A program made the position numbers and the translations under genes. Below are positions 1-11,855 of a DNA stretch of 45,711 bases, one piece after another. The stretch's first letter is position 1. Each line of letters opens with the position of its first letter. The DNA comes from Candidatus Parcubacteria bacterium (lineage in GTDB: Bacteria > Patescibacteriota > Minisyncoccia > Phycocordibacterales > UBA12088): NCBI GenBank assembly GCA_003694545.1, contig RFKD01000016.1, positions 1 to 45,711 on the forward strand. The letters are read 5' to 3'. Under the pieces are notes generated by a model. That model was not told the origin of the DNA, searched no databases, and worked only from the letters and a program-made list of their open reading frames with translations.

Positions 1-8
1 CGCAACCC

Positions 9-752
9 GTGGCAGAACCCAAGGCAGAACCCATGGTACAAGGAGAGGCCCTACCTCCCGAACCTCCTCCTGCCGCTCAAGTGGAATCCGTGTCACCACT
101 ACCCGTGGCGGAATCCGCGACACAAGGAGGAGCGACACCTCCTGAGGCTCCCACGCTCTCTTATGACGCCGCCTTACCTCCCACAACACCTCCCGCAACT
201 GTGTCGGAAGGTATGTCTGCGATGGCCGCCGAATCGCTTACAGAGAATATTCAGCCCCCGGTGGTGCATACGCTTGCCGAGGCATTCAACGCACCACGTT
301 GGAATCCTTTGGCCAACTTTATGAAGGTGTGGCTTTCTTTTGGGGAAGCATCTCCCTTCCGTTGGAGTGAGGCGTCGCGGGCGTTTTGGTCTGATCACGC
401 GTATGTGCTACGGTTTATCCAGCTTAATGACATGCAGAAATGGGCGGATGTCCGATTAGTAGACGGGCAGTATGTGGCTGAATCATTTATTCCGGCGGAC
501 GCAGATATAAAGTTAGCGCAGAGACTCGGCGTGAGCCCGGAAGTGCTCGCTAGCGCTCGGCAAGATTTCCTTGTCAACCTTGCGCGCCTTGTTAATTCTG
601 TAGAACCTCAAGCTGTTGGCAAGCGTACCTTGAGCGAGGTGGTGGAACTGATCACAGCGAAACATACGGAAGTGAAAACCTTGGAACAGCTTTTGGGATT
701 CATCCTGAATCATCCCCAGGGAATACCCGACCTATCATCCATCCGATCATAA
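9..752 (+). CDS. hypothetical protein (Pro/Ala-rich N-terminal part; frame is open to the window edge, so the 5' end may be truncated)
   Basis: 247-aa ORF with protein-like composition in the C-terminal two thirds. No family motif recognised. The next ORF starts 9 nt downstream. Confidence 0.45.
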   Translation: MAEPKAEPMVQGEALPPEPPPAAQVESVSPLPVAESATQGGATPPEAPTLSYDAALPPTTPPATVSEGMSAMAAESLTENIQPPVVHTLAEAFNAPRWNPLANFMKVWLSFGEASPFRWSEASRAFWSDHAYVLRFIQLNDMQKWADVRLVDGQYVAESFIPADADIKLAQRLGVSPEVLASARQDFLVNLARLVNSVEPQAVGKRTLSEVVELITAKHTEVKTLEQLLGFILNHPQGIPDLSSIRS

Positions 753-761
753 ACCGTTTGG

Positions 762-1223
762 TTGTCTAAATCTTTATTGGTAAATTCGCATATGCAGCAC
801 ACCTACCACCTTCCTGAACCACCAAATCTCCCGCCCGAGTTTCAGCAGCTCCGCGACGAGCTTGTATGGGGCATTCAGTCGTTGATGGAGCACTGGGGTT
901 TGGACACGCTCACGCCCGATGAGTTTGAAGAAACAATCACCTCCATCGCGGAGGCGGTGTACGCGAGTGCAATGGCGGAGTTGTTTGGGCGTTACCCCGA
1001 ACGGATCGCTGCGTTTCTGCAAGAAAGCGAACAAGCCTTCGTGGAAAGGGACGAAACGGCGTTTGTGCGCGTGCTCGCGGAGCACTTCCCTGATTTTCCG
1101 GAGGTGTTCGCGCAAGTTGCCGCACGGCTGGTTGAGGAGACAGAGGCGATGCTCCGCGAACGCATTGCGCACGACCTCGCATACGCTGGGCTCGCCAGTG
1201 AAGAAAAGGAGAACACTACCTAG
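762..1223 (+). CDS. hypothetical acidic protein
   Basis: 153-aa ORF with a TTG start in the track (alternative ATG at 792). It is followed by the GC hairpin 1260-1289. No recognisable domain. Confidence 0.45.
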   Translation: MSKSLLVNSHMQHTYHLPEPPNLPPEFQQLRDELVWGIQSLMEHWGLDTLTPDEFEETITSIAEAVYASAMAELFGRYPERIAAFLQESEQAFVERDETAFVRVLAEHFPDFPEVFAQVAARLVEETEAMLRERIAHDLAYAGLASEEKENTT

Positions 1224-1331
1224 CGTCGGCGTGCTGTTGCGTCGTTAGGCGTTTATTCTCGCGCCATCGGACGATCGGGCGATGGCGCGGCGGCAAGTTA
1301 TTCTCTGAAGCAAAGCGATCGGCACCGCCTC

Positions 1332-1359
1332 TTGACAGATGCGGTGCCGTGCGTATACT
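1332..1359 (+). promoter_or_regulatory. sigma70-type promoter of the 23S-5S unit (TTGACA-16 nt-TATACT)
   Basis: TTGACA at 1332-1337 and TATACT at 1354-1359. It is nearly identical in context (cttgaca...gtgcgtatact) to the element upstream of the 16S. Confidence 0.6.
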
Positions 1360-1431
1360 TATGCGTACCTATGGGCATGGGAGTTCAGCAAGGAGGGTAA
1401 GCGGCGCCAGCGCATACCGCGCTCCTGTGGT

Positions 1432-1482
1432 GCCGCCCAAGAGGCGGTTTTTTCGTGCCCTTAGGTTTGGTTCCTTGAAAAC
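1432..1482 (+). promoter_or_regulatory. rRNA leader nut-like region: boxB-like hairpin plus boxA-like TTCCTTGAAAAC
   Basis: Hairpin CCGCC/GGCGG followed by a T-run (1433-1453), then ttccttgaaaac at 1471-1482, which resembles the boxA GCTCTTTAACAA/TTCTTTGAAAAC types. The 16S leader has the same architecture. Confidence 0.4.
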
Positions 1483-1654
1483 CCAAGAAACACGACATCA
1501 ACAACGGCAACAACGCCGCGGGCTTTGTCCTGTCTGCGCGCGCTGTTGCCGCACCAAGCACCAAGACCTGTTTTGTGTTTCCGCCGTGATTCAAGGCGTC
1601 AGCACAAACAGGACAACAAGAACACACCTATGCGGTGTTTGAGCCGCACATTTC

Positions 1655-4677
<3,023 letters not shown>

Positions 4678-4782
4678 CCGTGCGGCTTGAATGCCGCATA
4701 GGTGTGTTGTTGTCTTGGTGATACGAGGTTGGTGAAGTGTTTCTTGGGTGAGGAGAAAAAGTTTCGTGTCGTCTCGCGTAAG

Positions 4783-4889
4783 TTGGCGGCTTGGCGCGGT
4801 GGGTACACCCGATCCCATGCCGAACTCGGTCGTTAAGCACCGTCGCTGCGATGGTACTCCCGCAAGGGGGGAGAGTAGCAAGCCGCCAA
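4783..4889 (+). rRNA. rrf: 5S ribosomal RNA
   Basis: Contains the CCCGATCCCATGCCGAACTCGG core. The terminal helix extends into a perfect 19-bp stem (4772-4790 with 4882-4900). Confidence 0.85.
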
Positions 4890-4905
4890 CTTACGCGAGA
4901 AGAAC

Positions 4906-4944
4906 CCCCGCGCTCGCCAAAGGCGAGCGCGGGGTGGTTTTATT
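4906..4944 (+). terminator. intrinsic terminator after the 5S
   Basis: 13-bp GC stem ccccgcgctcgcc/ggcgagcgcgggg with loop aaa, followed by tggttttatt. Confidence 0.7.
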
Positions 4945-4977
4945 GCGCCACTGTCTGCGAGCGATTTCGCGGCGCTG

Positions 4978-4986
4978 TGGTATAGT
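4978..4986 (+). promoter_or_regulatory. extended -10 box (TGgTATAGT) 7 nt upstream of ATG 4994; leaderless-type start
   Basis: TG at 4978-4979 and TATAGT at 4981-4986, with only 7 nt before the start codon and no SD. Confidence 0.45.
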
Positions 4987-4993
4987 AGGCGCG

Positions 4994-5797
4994 ATGCTTT
5001 CTTGGTCTCGGCGTCACCAACTCGCGTACGCTTCGGGCGTAGCCGCCGTCATTGCGCTACCGTTTGTGTGGTGGGGTATTCTGTGGTATCTCACCATTCC
5101 CGAGACGTGCACCGACGGCAACCAAAATCAGGATGAGCAGGGTGTGGATTGTGGCGGCAGTTGTCCGTTGGCGTGTGCGTTTGAGGTCGCCCCGTATACT
5201 CTGCAATGGACGCGCGCCGTTCGGGTTGCCCCGGGCCGCTACCATGTTGTCGCGTATTTTGAAAATAGCAACCGCGCTCGTTATGCGCGCGACATTCCCT
5301 ATGAAATCACTCTCTACGACAAAGACAACCAAATCATCGCGAAGCGGCGGGGCAGTTTTGTCCTAACGCCCCAGCCAATAGTTGTCGTGCTCCACACGAA
5401 TATCGACACGGGAAAATCTGTCGCGGCGAGGGCGGTTTTCACCTATGTGCGTCCTGAGCGTTGGTACCAATATTTCAATGAGTACCTCTTGCCGGAAGTG
5501 AGCGGCGAGATCATTGCGACGAATTCGCTGCGTCCTCGAGCGGAAGCAATCCTCGAAAACCCGCATCCTGACCCGCTCACCTCAATCACGGCTGTTGGGT
5601 TGGTGTATGACGCCGGGGGTAACCTTGTGGGGGCGTCGCAAACGCAAGTAGATCGGCTTGAGCCCCGGGAACGCAAACGCATCGTCTTCACCTGGCCTAC
5701 GGCGTGGGAAGGGCAGGGGGTGAGGCTTGAGGTGGTGGTCTCAAGGCCATCGCTATTTATTCCCCTCGCGCACATTGCCCCAAGCGGCCGTCAGTAG
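4994..5797 (+). CDS. membrane-anchored hypothetical protein
   Basis: The track ORF 4748..5797 overlaps the 5S and its terminator, so I trimmed it to the internal ATG at 4994 (MLSWSRRHQ...). It has an N-terminal hydrophobic helix and a Cys-rich segment. Confidence 0.6.
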   Translation: MLSWSRRHQLAYASGVAAVIALPFVWWGILWYLTIPETCTDGNQNQDEQGVDCGGSCPLACAFEVAPYTLQWTRAVRVAPGRYHVVAYFENSNRARYARDIPYEITLYDKDNQIIAKRRGSFVLTPQPIVVVLHTNIDTGKSVAARAVFTYVRPERWYQYFNEYLLPEVSGEIIATNSLRPRAEAILENPHPDPLTSITAVGLVYDAGGNLVGASQTQVDRLEPRERKRIVFTWPTAWEGQGVRLEVVVSRPSLFIPLAHIAPSGRQ

Positions 5798-5803
5798 GAG
5801 TGT

Positions 5804-6889
5804 ATGGTGGCGGTCATTTCGCGCCCCTCTCTTGACGGCTGGGCGGTGGGAACGGCGCTGTTTTTGAGCCTGTGTGGTCTTTCGGTTCTTGCGCCGCTTG
5901 GCGATCGAGAAAGCGGCGAGTTGTTTGTTCGCCAGATTATCTGGGTGTTCATTGGCCTTGCCGCGATGATAGGTGTTTCGCTCGTGCCAATGCGATTTCT
6001 CGCACATCGCAGCGTTGTCCTTTCGGTATACGCTGCCGTGGTGTTCCTCTTGCTGATTACGGGAGTTGTTGGATCAGTGTTTCAAGGCGCGCAGAGCTGG
6101 CTGAATTTCGGGTTCGCGGCACTTCAACCGGCAGAGCTTGCAAAAATTGCCGTGGTGCTCATACTTGCCAAATATCTCGCGCGGCGCCATGTGGCAATTA
6201 GCCAGTGGCGCCATGTGGTTGTGAGCGCGGCGTATGTTGGGGTCATTGCGTTGCTGGTTTTGACACAGCCTGACTTGGGGTCCGCGGTTGTGTTGGGAAT
6301 TTTGTGGCTTGTTATGGTGCTTGCCGCCGGCATCCCTCTTCGGTCGCTGGTGATTGTGACGGCGGCGGGCGTGGTTGCCGCGGGAGCGCTATGGGTTTTT
6401 GCGCTTTCTCCTTACCAAAAAGAACGCGTGATTACCTTCCTTTCTCCTTCCGCGGATGTGCTTGGAGCCGGTTACAGCAGCCGTCAGGCCCTGATTGCCA
6501 TTGGTTCGGGCGGTATGTTTGGGAAGGGCGTCGGTTTTGGCACGCAATCGCGGCTTTCTTTTCTTCCCGAATACGAAACGGATTTCATTTTTGCCGCTTT
6601 TGCGGAAGAGTGGGGATTTGTTGGAGTGATCGTGATTTTGCTTGCGTTTGGTTTTCTCGTCGCGCGAGTAGTGCGGTGCGCGCTCGCGTCGCCAACGAAT
6701 TTTGGAACATTGGTTGCTCTTGGTGCCGCAGCGATTCTTGTCGTTCCATTCGCGCTCCACACGTTCATCAACATCGGGCTCCTGCCAGTCACTGGCCTTG
6801 CCTTGCCCTTTATGAGCTACGGCGGTTCGCACACCCTTGTGGAATGGATGGCGCTTGGGCTTGCGCTTGCCGCTGGGCGAGGGGTATGA
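5804..6889 (+). CDS. SEDS family peptidoglycan glycosyltransferase (FtsW/RodA/SpoVE)
   Basis: 361 aa and polytopic. Motifs QPAELAKIAVVLILAKYLA, FLPEYETDFIFAAFAEEWGF and LPFMSYGGSH are typical of FtsW/RodA. Confidence 0.85.
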   Translation: MVAVISRPSLDGWAVGTALFLSLCGLSVLAPLGDRESGELFVRQIIWVFIGLAAMIGVSLVPMRFLAHRSVVLSVYAAVVFLLLITGVVGSVFQGAQSWLNFGFAALQPAELAKIAVVLILAKYLARRHVAISQWRHVVVSAAYVGVIALLVLTQPDLGSAVVLGILWLVMVLAAGIPLRSLVIVTAAGVVAAGALWVFALSPYQKERVITFLSPSADVLGAGYSSRQALIAIGSGGMFGKGVGFGTQSRLSFLPEYETDFIFAAFAEEWGFVGVIVILLAFGFLVARVVRCALASPTNFGTLVALGAAAILVVPFALHTFINIGLLPVTGLALPFMSYGGSHTLVEWMALGLALAAGRGV

Positions 6890-7171
6890 TCTCTTCGAGA
6901 ATGCTTCGTTTTACGTCCACGACAAAAACGAATTCTCTGTGTTCTCTATGGAACAGCTACCGCAGAACACTTCGATGGCTTAGGGCTTAGGAAAAACAAG
7001 ACGGAGGAAACTCTCTCGGGGCCATACCACCTCCAAGCGAGAAGGGTAGTCCTCGACTTTTGCTTGCCGAGGCAGTCCCTGTTTTTTTACAGGGATGTGC
7101 TACCGCTACCGCTCCGAGTCCTGATAAGACGCTTCGAGAGTTACGAGAACGGGCCCGGGACCATTCCTTAA

Positions 7172-7844
7172 GGCGTTGCCGCGATGATAGAGCGGATGGG
7201 TCCGTCTTGTGCGGGATTAACATTTTCCGAACGTGTGACATACAACGGCGCCGAGGAGTCACGAGACCAGAATGTTGTGGTGGTGGATGTTCATTGGGTC
7301 CATACGCCCCCCGGCACGGAGTCCGAATGGGAGAACTTTCAAATAGTACGCGAATGCAAGACAGCCGCGTCGCCCTTGGTATTGCTCAAGCACAGCTTGG
7401 CATTGCCCCTCAAGAACCTGGTAATGCAGTGGTAGAAGATAACATACACATTAAACGCCTTCTGGAACAAGAGGCGCAGCAATTCTTATAGCTGTGGCAT
7501 CACGGGTGGGAAGTATTTTCGAAGGGGCTGGCTGCGCACATCAAGACGGCCGATATCTCACCAAATGATGTGCGAGAGCAGAAAATATTTGTTGCTGAGA
7601 TGTTAGCCCCTATCGTGGTTGTCCAAGAGCAAGCAACAGTTATAACACTGGCGCGCTGGAAGGAATTGCGCAGGCATGTTTGGGTTGTGCGCGACATTGT
7701 GCGCGAAATTATCGTCGGTAATGGTTGATACCCAACTCTTACGCAACTAGTTGAAGCATGGCAGGCTGTGACTGAGAAAACGCTCGCAATAGTCCCCGTG
7801 GCGACACGCGGACAGCGGAGCTCTACCAACAAGGCCTTACCTTT
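7172..7844 (+). pseudogene. fragmentary protein-like ORF pieces (decayed gene or several tiny ORFs)
   Basis: Protein-like translation moves from frame 2 (7184-7435) to frame 1 (about 7340-7728), then to frame 0 (from 7776). In-frame TAG at 7489-7491 and TGA at 7726-7728 interrupt it. The region is A/T-richer than its surroundings. Confidence 0.3.
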
Positions 7845-8486
7845 TTGCTTGCGAGGGAAATTCTTTACCCCCTTTTGACGAGCGCGCCGTACCAACAGTT
7901 GCGAAGAACTGCTCCCCAAGCCGTGATTCAAGAACTGGAACGATGGGCGGTGTTTTATCTCCCACAATATGAGGAAGTCATAGAGTTTGCTGAATATGCT
8001 ACACCCCCCTCACTGCTTCCCTACCTCCTTTACCCAATGCTTGATGTCCTACTTGGCGAGAAGTCAGAGATTCAGGCCGAACTACACCAGCTGACCGAAA
8101 CGAAAGACGCATTCCCTGAGTCCGCTGAGAAGAAACCACCTCCACCCAATTGTTTTCAACCCTTCCAAGAAGTGTTCACCGCAACAGGTGTAAGGGGGCT
8201 TCTTGCCGCTTATAACTCCATCATGGAGAAACGTGAGAACTATGTCGCTCACCTCATTGCGCGGCATGTAAAAGCCGAAGAGGAAAAGCAGCACAGTCTT
8301 CCAGAGGCGATTCAGGCGTTGTTGGAGCTATTCGAACCACAAGAGGCAGGGGAGCCTTCGGAACGTGGTGGAGGTGTGACGGTAGAACCCTCATTTGGAG
8401 AGGTTGTGTCGCTCATACGCAAAGGAGAAGCTGTTTTTGTTGTGTATGGATGGGTGCACAACTTTAATGCTAACCTTCGGCTTTAG
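7845..8486 (+). CDS. hypothetical protein (possibly the intact 3' part of the disrupted gene upstream)
   Basis: 213-aa ORF (TTG start in the track; frame open from 7776) with protein-like composition and no recognised domain. Confidence 0.45.
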   Translation: MLAREILYPLLTSAPYQQLRRTAPQAVIQELERWAVFYLPQYEEVIEFAEYATPPSLLPYLLYPMLDVLLGEKSEIQAELHQLTETKDAFPESAEKKPPPPNCFQPFQEVFTATGVRGLLAAYNSIMEKRENYVAHLIARHVKAEEEKQHSLPEAIQALLELFEPQEAGEPSERGGGVTVEPSFGEVVSLIRKGEAVFVVYGWVHNFNANLRL

Positions 8487-8769
8487 CTGTGAAGTCGGCG
8501 GAGTCTTCGCATAGGCTACCACAAGGTAAGTTTATCGATGTGTGGTACGCCGATTGCTATCCGAAATTACAAACACAGTGAAAGAGGTAAAAATCTTTCG
8601 CGCATCTCGGTTACGGATAGGCATACACCTCAGAACCTGAGGGATGTGTACCCCCCTTGGCGCTAGGAAGCACACATACAGCGATCTCTAGGAACTCTTT
8701 TCGCGGCCGAAGAGTTTTGGCAATTTCCGGTTTGGGCCATGTGAGCTCGTAGAGCAGGCAATCACGGTT

Positions 8770-9057
8770 TTACCGAGTCGCGGGCGCGCTTCCCGCATTT
8801 TCCTGTTGCATCATCATCATTTCCATTTCCTCGGGAGGAAGTTCCGCAGGAGTGGGGCCCCGTAGGGTTCGCCACAGGTTGAACCCCGAGAGCGCAAAAG
8901 CAAGTACTGCAACCCCAATCAGAATCGCATTTGCTTGCTGCGTTGTCTGCGCGATGCCCAAGTTTTTAAGAAGGCGCACAAAAAATGGGTCGTTGACAGA
9001 TTGCTGGAAGTTCGCGGTGGCAAACGAGTCGCCACCTTCATTGAATTCAACAGCCAT
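8770..9057 (-). CDS. small membrane protein (1 TM), hypothetical
   Basis: The track ORF 8770..9219 was trimmed to the internal ATG at 9057 (MAVEFNEGG...). The upstream part overlaps the promoter and leader and is Cys/Arg-rich junk. One clear hydrophobic helix. Confidence 0.5.
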   Translation of the reverse strand: MAVEFNEGGDSFATANFQQSVNDPFFVRLLKNLGIAQTTQQANAILIGVAVLAFALSGFNLWRTLRGPTPAELPPEEMEMMMMQQENAGSAPATR

Positions 9058-9144
9058 AGCTGTAAGGTTATCCGCTGGTAATAGGCAAGGATCAAAGATT
9101 AAGTGGCGAAACACCGCTCGACAAAGGCGAGTATTGCCAATGGA

Positions 9145-9173
9145 ATTATACAAACAATCAGGAGACGCGGCAA
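9145..9173 (-). promoter_or_regulatory. sigma70-type promoter (TTGCCG-17 nt-TATAAT) with an about 80-nt leader to ATG 9057
   Basis: On the minus strand, TTGCCG lies at 9173-9168 and TATAAT at 9150-9145. Confidence 0.45.
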
Positions 9174-9215
9174 GACGTCGTCCACAACAGCGTGCGCCTT
9201 GTTTTCTAAGTTTTA

Positions 9216-10346
9216 TCAACCCATATCTTGGGTATACACGCGTTCGACGGCGTCAACCATCGCGCTCCAAGCAGTGGTGTCGGAGGGGGAAGGAGAAACG
9301 TCTTGGGCGCTTGCGCTTCGCGTTTCCATACAAGACGCGAGCGATCGCGCGAGGGAGTCAACATCTCCCGGCGGCGCCAAGAACGCCTCGGAAACTATCT
9401 CCGGTATGCCTCCCACTTTTGTCGCTACAATCGAAACGCCAGCAGCTGCTGCTTCCAAAACGGCATACGGGAGGCCTTCTGATCGAGAAGGGAGGACAAG
9501 CGCGTCGGCGCCGCGCAAGAGAGTTGCCGATTCGGAGACTTGCCCAAGGAAATGAACTCGTTTTCTGATCCCAAGCGCGTTTGCGAGCGCTTCAAGTCGC
9601 GCGCGCTCTGGTCCCTCCCCGGCAAGGAGGTAGCGCCAATCAAGGTGTGGCTTCTCGCGCGCGAGCTTGGCAAACGCTTCAAGGGCGATGTCTAAACCTT
9701 TTACCGGAATCATCTCGCTCATAGAAAGCAACCAGAAAGCATCTTCTGTCATCGGAACATCGGCGAGCTCTGCAAGGCGCGCGCGCGCGTCTTTGCGGGG
9801 TAAGAGCGATTTGCCAAAAGAGGGAGGAAGCGCATTGTGGATAATTGACATTCGCCCACGCACCCCTGGGAAACGCAAAGCACGGGCGGTTGCTTGGGAG
9901 ACGGCTATCGTGCGGTGCGCCGTCCACACGGTGACGCCCTGCAGGAACCAATACACAAGGCGCCACAACGGGGACGCCGGCTGAACAAACGCCCAATTGT
10001 GCGCCGTGAACACGACGCGGGGAACGCCTGCCATACGCGCCGCCAATGCTCCAGAAAAACCGGCTTTGGAGCTGTGCAGATGGACCACATCGGGACTTTC
10101 CTGCCGCAACTGTCGGGTGAGCAATACGAACGAACGTATGTCGGACCCAAACCGAACTTCACGCTGGAGGTGGGGAATGTGCCGCACCTGTATGCCCGCG
10201 CGCACGAGGCGTTCGGCAAGCTCGCCGTGCTCTCCATACCACACGGCCACATCGTGCCCGCGCTCGCGCAACCCCACCGCGAGGTCGTGCACATGCCGTT
10301 GGGCCCCTCCCCAGCGTGCTTTTGTTATGATAAGCACGATACGCAT
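9216..10346 (-). CDS. glycosyltransferase family 4
   Basis: 376 aa. The N-terminus MRIVLIITKARWGGAQRHV and the C-terminal segment LPSRSEGLPYAVLEAAAAGVSIVATKVGGIPE are typical of GT4 (GT-B fold). Confidence 0.85.
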   Translation of the reverse strand: MRIVLIITKARWGGAQRHVHDLAVGLRERGHDVAVWYGEHGELAERLVRAGIQVRHIPHLQREVRFGSDIRSFVLLTRQLRQESPDVVHLHSSKAGFSGALAARMAGVPRVVFTAHNWAFVQPASPLWRLVYWFLQGVTVWTAHRTIAVSQATARALRFPGVRGRMSIIHNALPPSFGKSLLPRKDARARLAELADVPMTEDAFWLLSMSEMIPVKGLDIALEAFAKLAREKPHLDWRYLLAGEGPERARLEALANALGIRKRVHFLGQVSESATLLRGADALVLPSRSEGLPYAVLEAAAAGVSIVATKVGGIPEIVSEAFLAPPGDVDSLARSLASCMETRSASAQDVSPSPSDTTAWSAMVDAVERVYTQDMG

Positions 10347-10453
10347 ACCACACAGGAGTATACCCTCTTGCCGTCCACGCGGCTATGATGCTAGGGTGTT
10401 TCTTGTACTGCCGCGCGAAAACGAGGCGTTTTTGTGTTAGAGTGCTTTCATCT

Positions 10454-11845
10454 ATGGGCATTCGTGCTCGAGAGCTTCTGTTGCTCCTGGTAAGCGATGT
10501 TGTGGTGCTGGGTGCCGCCCTTTGGCTTTCGCTTGCCGCGCGCCACCTAGCGCTCCCTTCGGGGGAGATGTATCTCGCGCACGCGCAGCTGTTTGCAGTT
10601 GTGGCGCTTGTGTGGTTGAGCATTTTTTGGCTCTTTGGTTTGTACGATAAGCATACCACAGCGTTTCTTCAAGAAGTGTTTCGGCGTCTTGTGGGCGCGC
10701 TTGTGGTGGGCGCAGCGGCGGCGGTGGTGCTTTTTTTTCTCCTACCTACAGACCTGGCGCCTAAAACCATTCTTGCGCTCTACACGCTCTTTGTGGGCGC
10801 CGGGGTGGCGGTTTCTCGGTTTGCGCTGTTGCGGCTGACAACTCGCCGCAAAAAGGCGCGTGCTGTCGTTGTGGGGGAAGGGCAAGCCGTAGAAGCGCTT
10901 GCCGAGGAGGTGCGCGCGAATCCGTTTCGATATCCGTTTATGGTTGTTGCTGTGGTGTCGCCGAAAGAGGCACGACGAGAGCTCCCCGCGTTATCCCACG
11001 AAGGCGCCATAGAGTGGCTTATCGTTCAAACAGACCATCCGAGCGCCGCGCAAGAAATTGGGCCTCTTTTGGTGTGGGCAACGGAGCATGGGGCGCGCCC
11101 CGTGTCGCTTCTTGCTATGTACGAGCACATATTTGACCGCGTGCCTCTCACGACAGCATACCCCATTCTGCTTGACCATTTACTCCGCTCATCGGCTCGC
11201 TGGTATGAGCCTATCAAGCGGGCTTTCGACATTGTGTTTGCGCTGGTAGCACTTGCGGTAGTGGTGTTGTTGATCCCGCTTGTGTGGCTCGCGTACCGCC
11301 TCGAAGGCGTGCAAGGGGGTGTGTGGTATATCCATGGTCGGGTAGGAAAGGGGATGCGCCCCTTTCGCGCGGTGAAATTTCGCACGCTCACGCGTTTAGA
11401 CCCAGAAGGGCAATTATTAGACGAGGCTCCTAATCCGCCCACCAGGGTTGGAAAGGTGCTGCGCGCCCTTTCGCTTGATGAACTGCCGCAGGCCATTAAT
11501 GTGCTCAAAGGGGAAATGTCGTTCATTGGGCCGCGCGCCGACGCGCTGGGCGTTGCTAAGCGACTGGTTGCTGAACTGCCGCTTTATCCGTTGCGCTACT
11601 TGGTGCAGCCGGGCATCACCGGTTGGGCACAGACGCACCAGCGGTATCCGGAAGGAAAAATAAGCCCGCAAAATGTTGAGGAAAGCGCTGAGCGTCTCGC
11701 CTACGATCTCCACTACATCGCGCACTATGGCTGGTGGGTTGACGGGGTGGTGCTGTTTCGGACCGTGCGCACGCTTCTTGAGCGAGTGATCACCTTTCTC
11801 TTGCTTGTGGGAAAGGGAGTGCCTCGCCCAAAGAAAAATGTGTGA
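10454..11845 (+). CDS. polyprenyl-phosphate sugar-1-phosphate transferase (bacterial sugar transferase, WbaP/EpsL-like)
   Basis: The C-terminal domain carries KRAFDIVFALVAL...FRAVKFRTL...DELPQAINVLKGEMSFIGPRA. Multiple N-terminal TM helices. Start trimmed to ATG 10454. Confidence 0.85.
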   Translation: MGIRARELLLLLVSDVVVLGAALWLSLAARHLALPSGEMYLAHAQLFAVVALVWLSIFWLFGLYDKHTTAFLQEVFRRLVGALVVGAAAAVVLFFLLPTDLAPKTILALYTLFVGAGVAVSRFALLRLTTRRKKARAVVVGEGQAVEALAEEVRANPFRYPFMVVAVVSPKEARRELPALSHEGAIEWLIVQTDHPSAAQEIGPLLVWATEHGARPVSLLAMYEHIFDRVPLTTAYPILLDHLLRSSARWYEPIKRAFDIVFALVALAVVVLLIPLVWLAYRLEGVQGGVWYIHGRVGKGMRPFRAVKFRTLTRLDPEGQLLDEAPNPPTRVGKVLRALSLDELPQAINVLKGEMSFIGPRADALGVAKRLVAELPLYPLRYLVQPGITGWAQTHQRYPEGKISPQNVEESAERLAYDLHYIAHYGWWVDGVVLFRTVRTLLERVITFLLLVGKGVPRPKKNV

Positions 11846-11855
11846 GAGGTGATGT

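Noticed and set aside
6990-7110. GACGGAGGAAAC... looked superficially like the GGAGGAAAGUCCGGGC P4 strand of RNase P RNA.
   Set aside because: Only the first 8 nt match. I found no matching 3' P4 strand (ACAGAA.CCGGCUUA-like) or other conserved RNase P blocks nearby.
7489-7728. In-frame TAG and TGA with protein-like sequence continuing afterwards, raising the possibility of stop-codon reassignment (for example code 25).
   Set aside because: TGA, TAG and TAA each terminate well-conserved genes in this window at the expected positions (the SEDS gene, secD and the sugar transferase use TGA; secF and the epimerase use TAG; folD uses TAA). Long ORFs elsewhere are uninterrupted. A pseudogene, small ORFs or sequencing error fit better.
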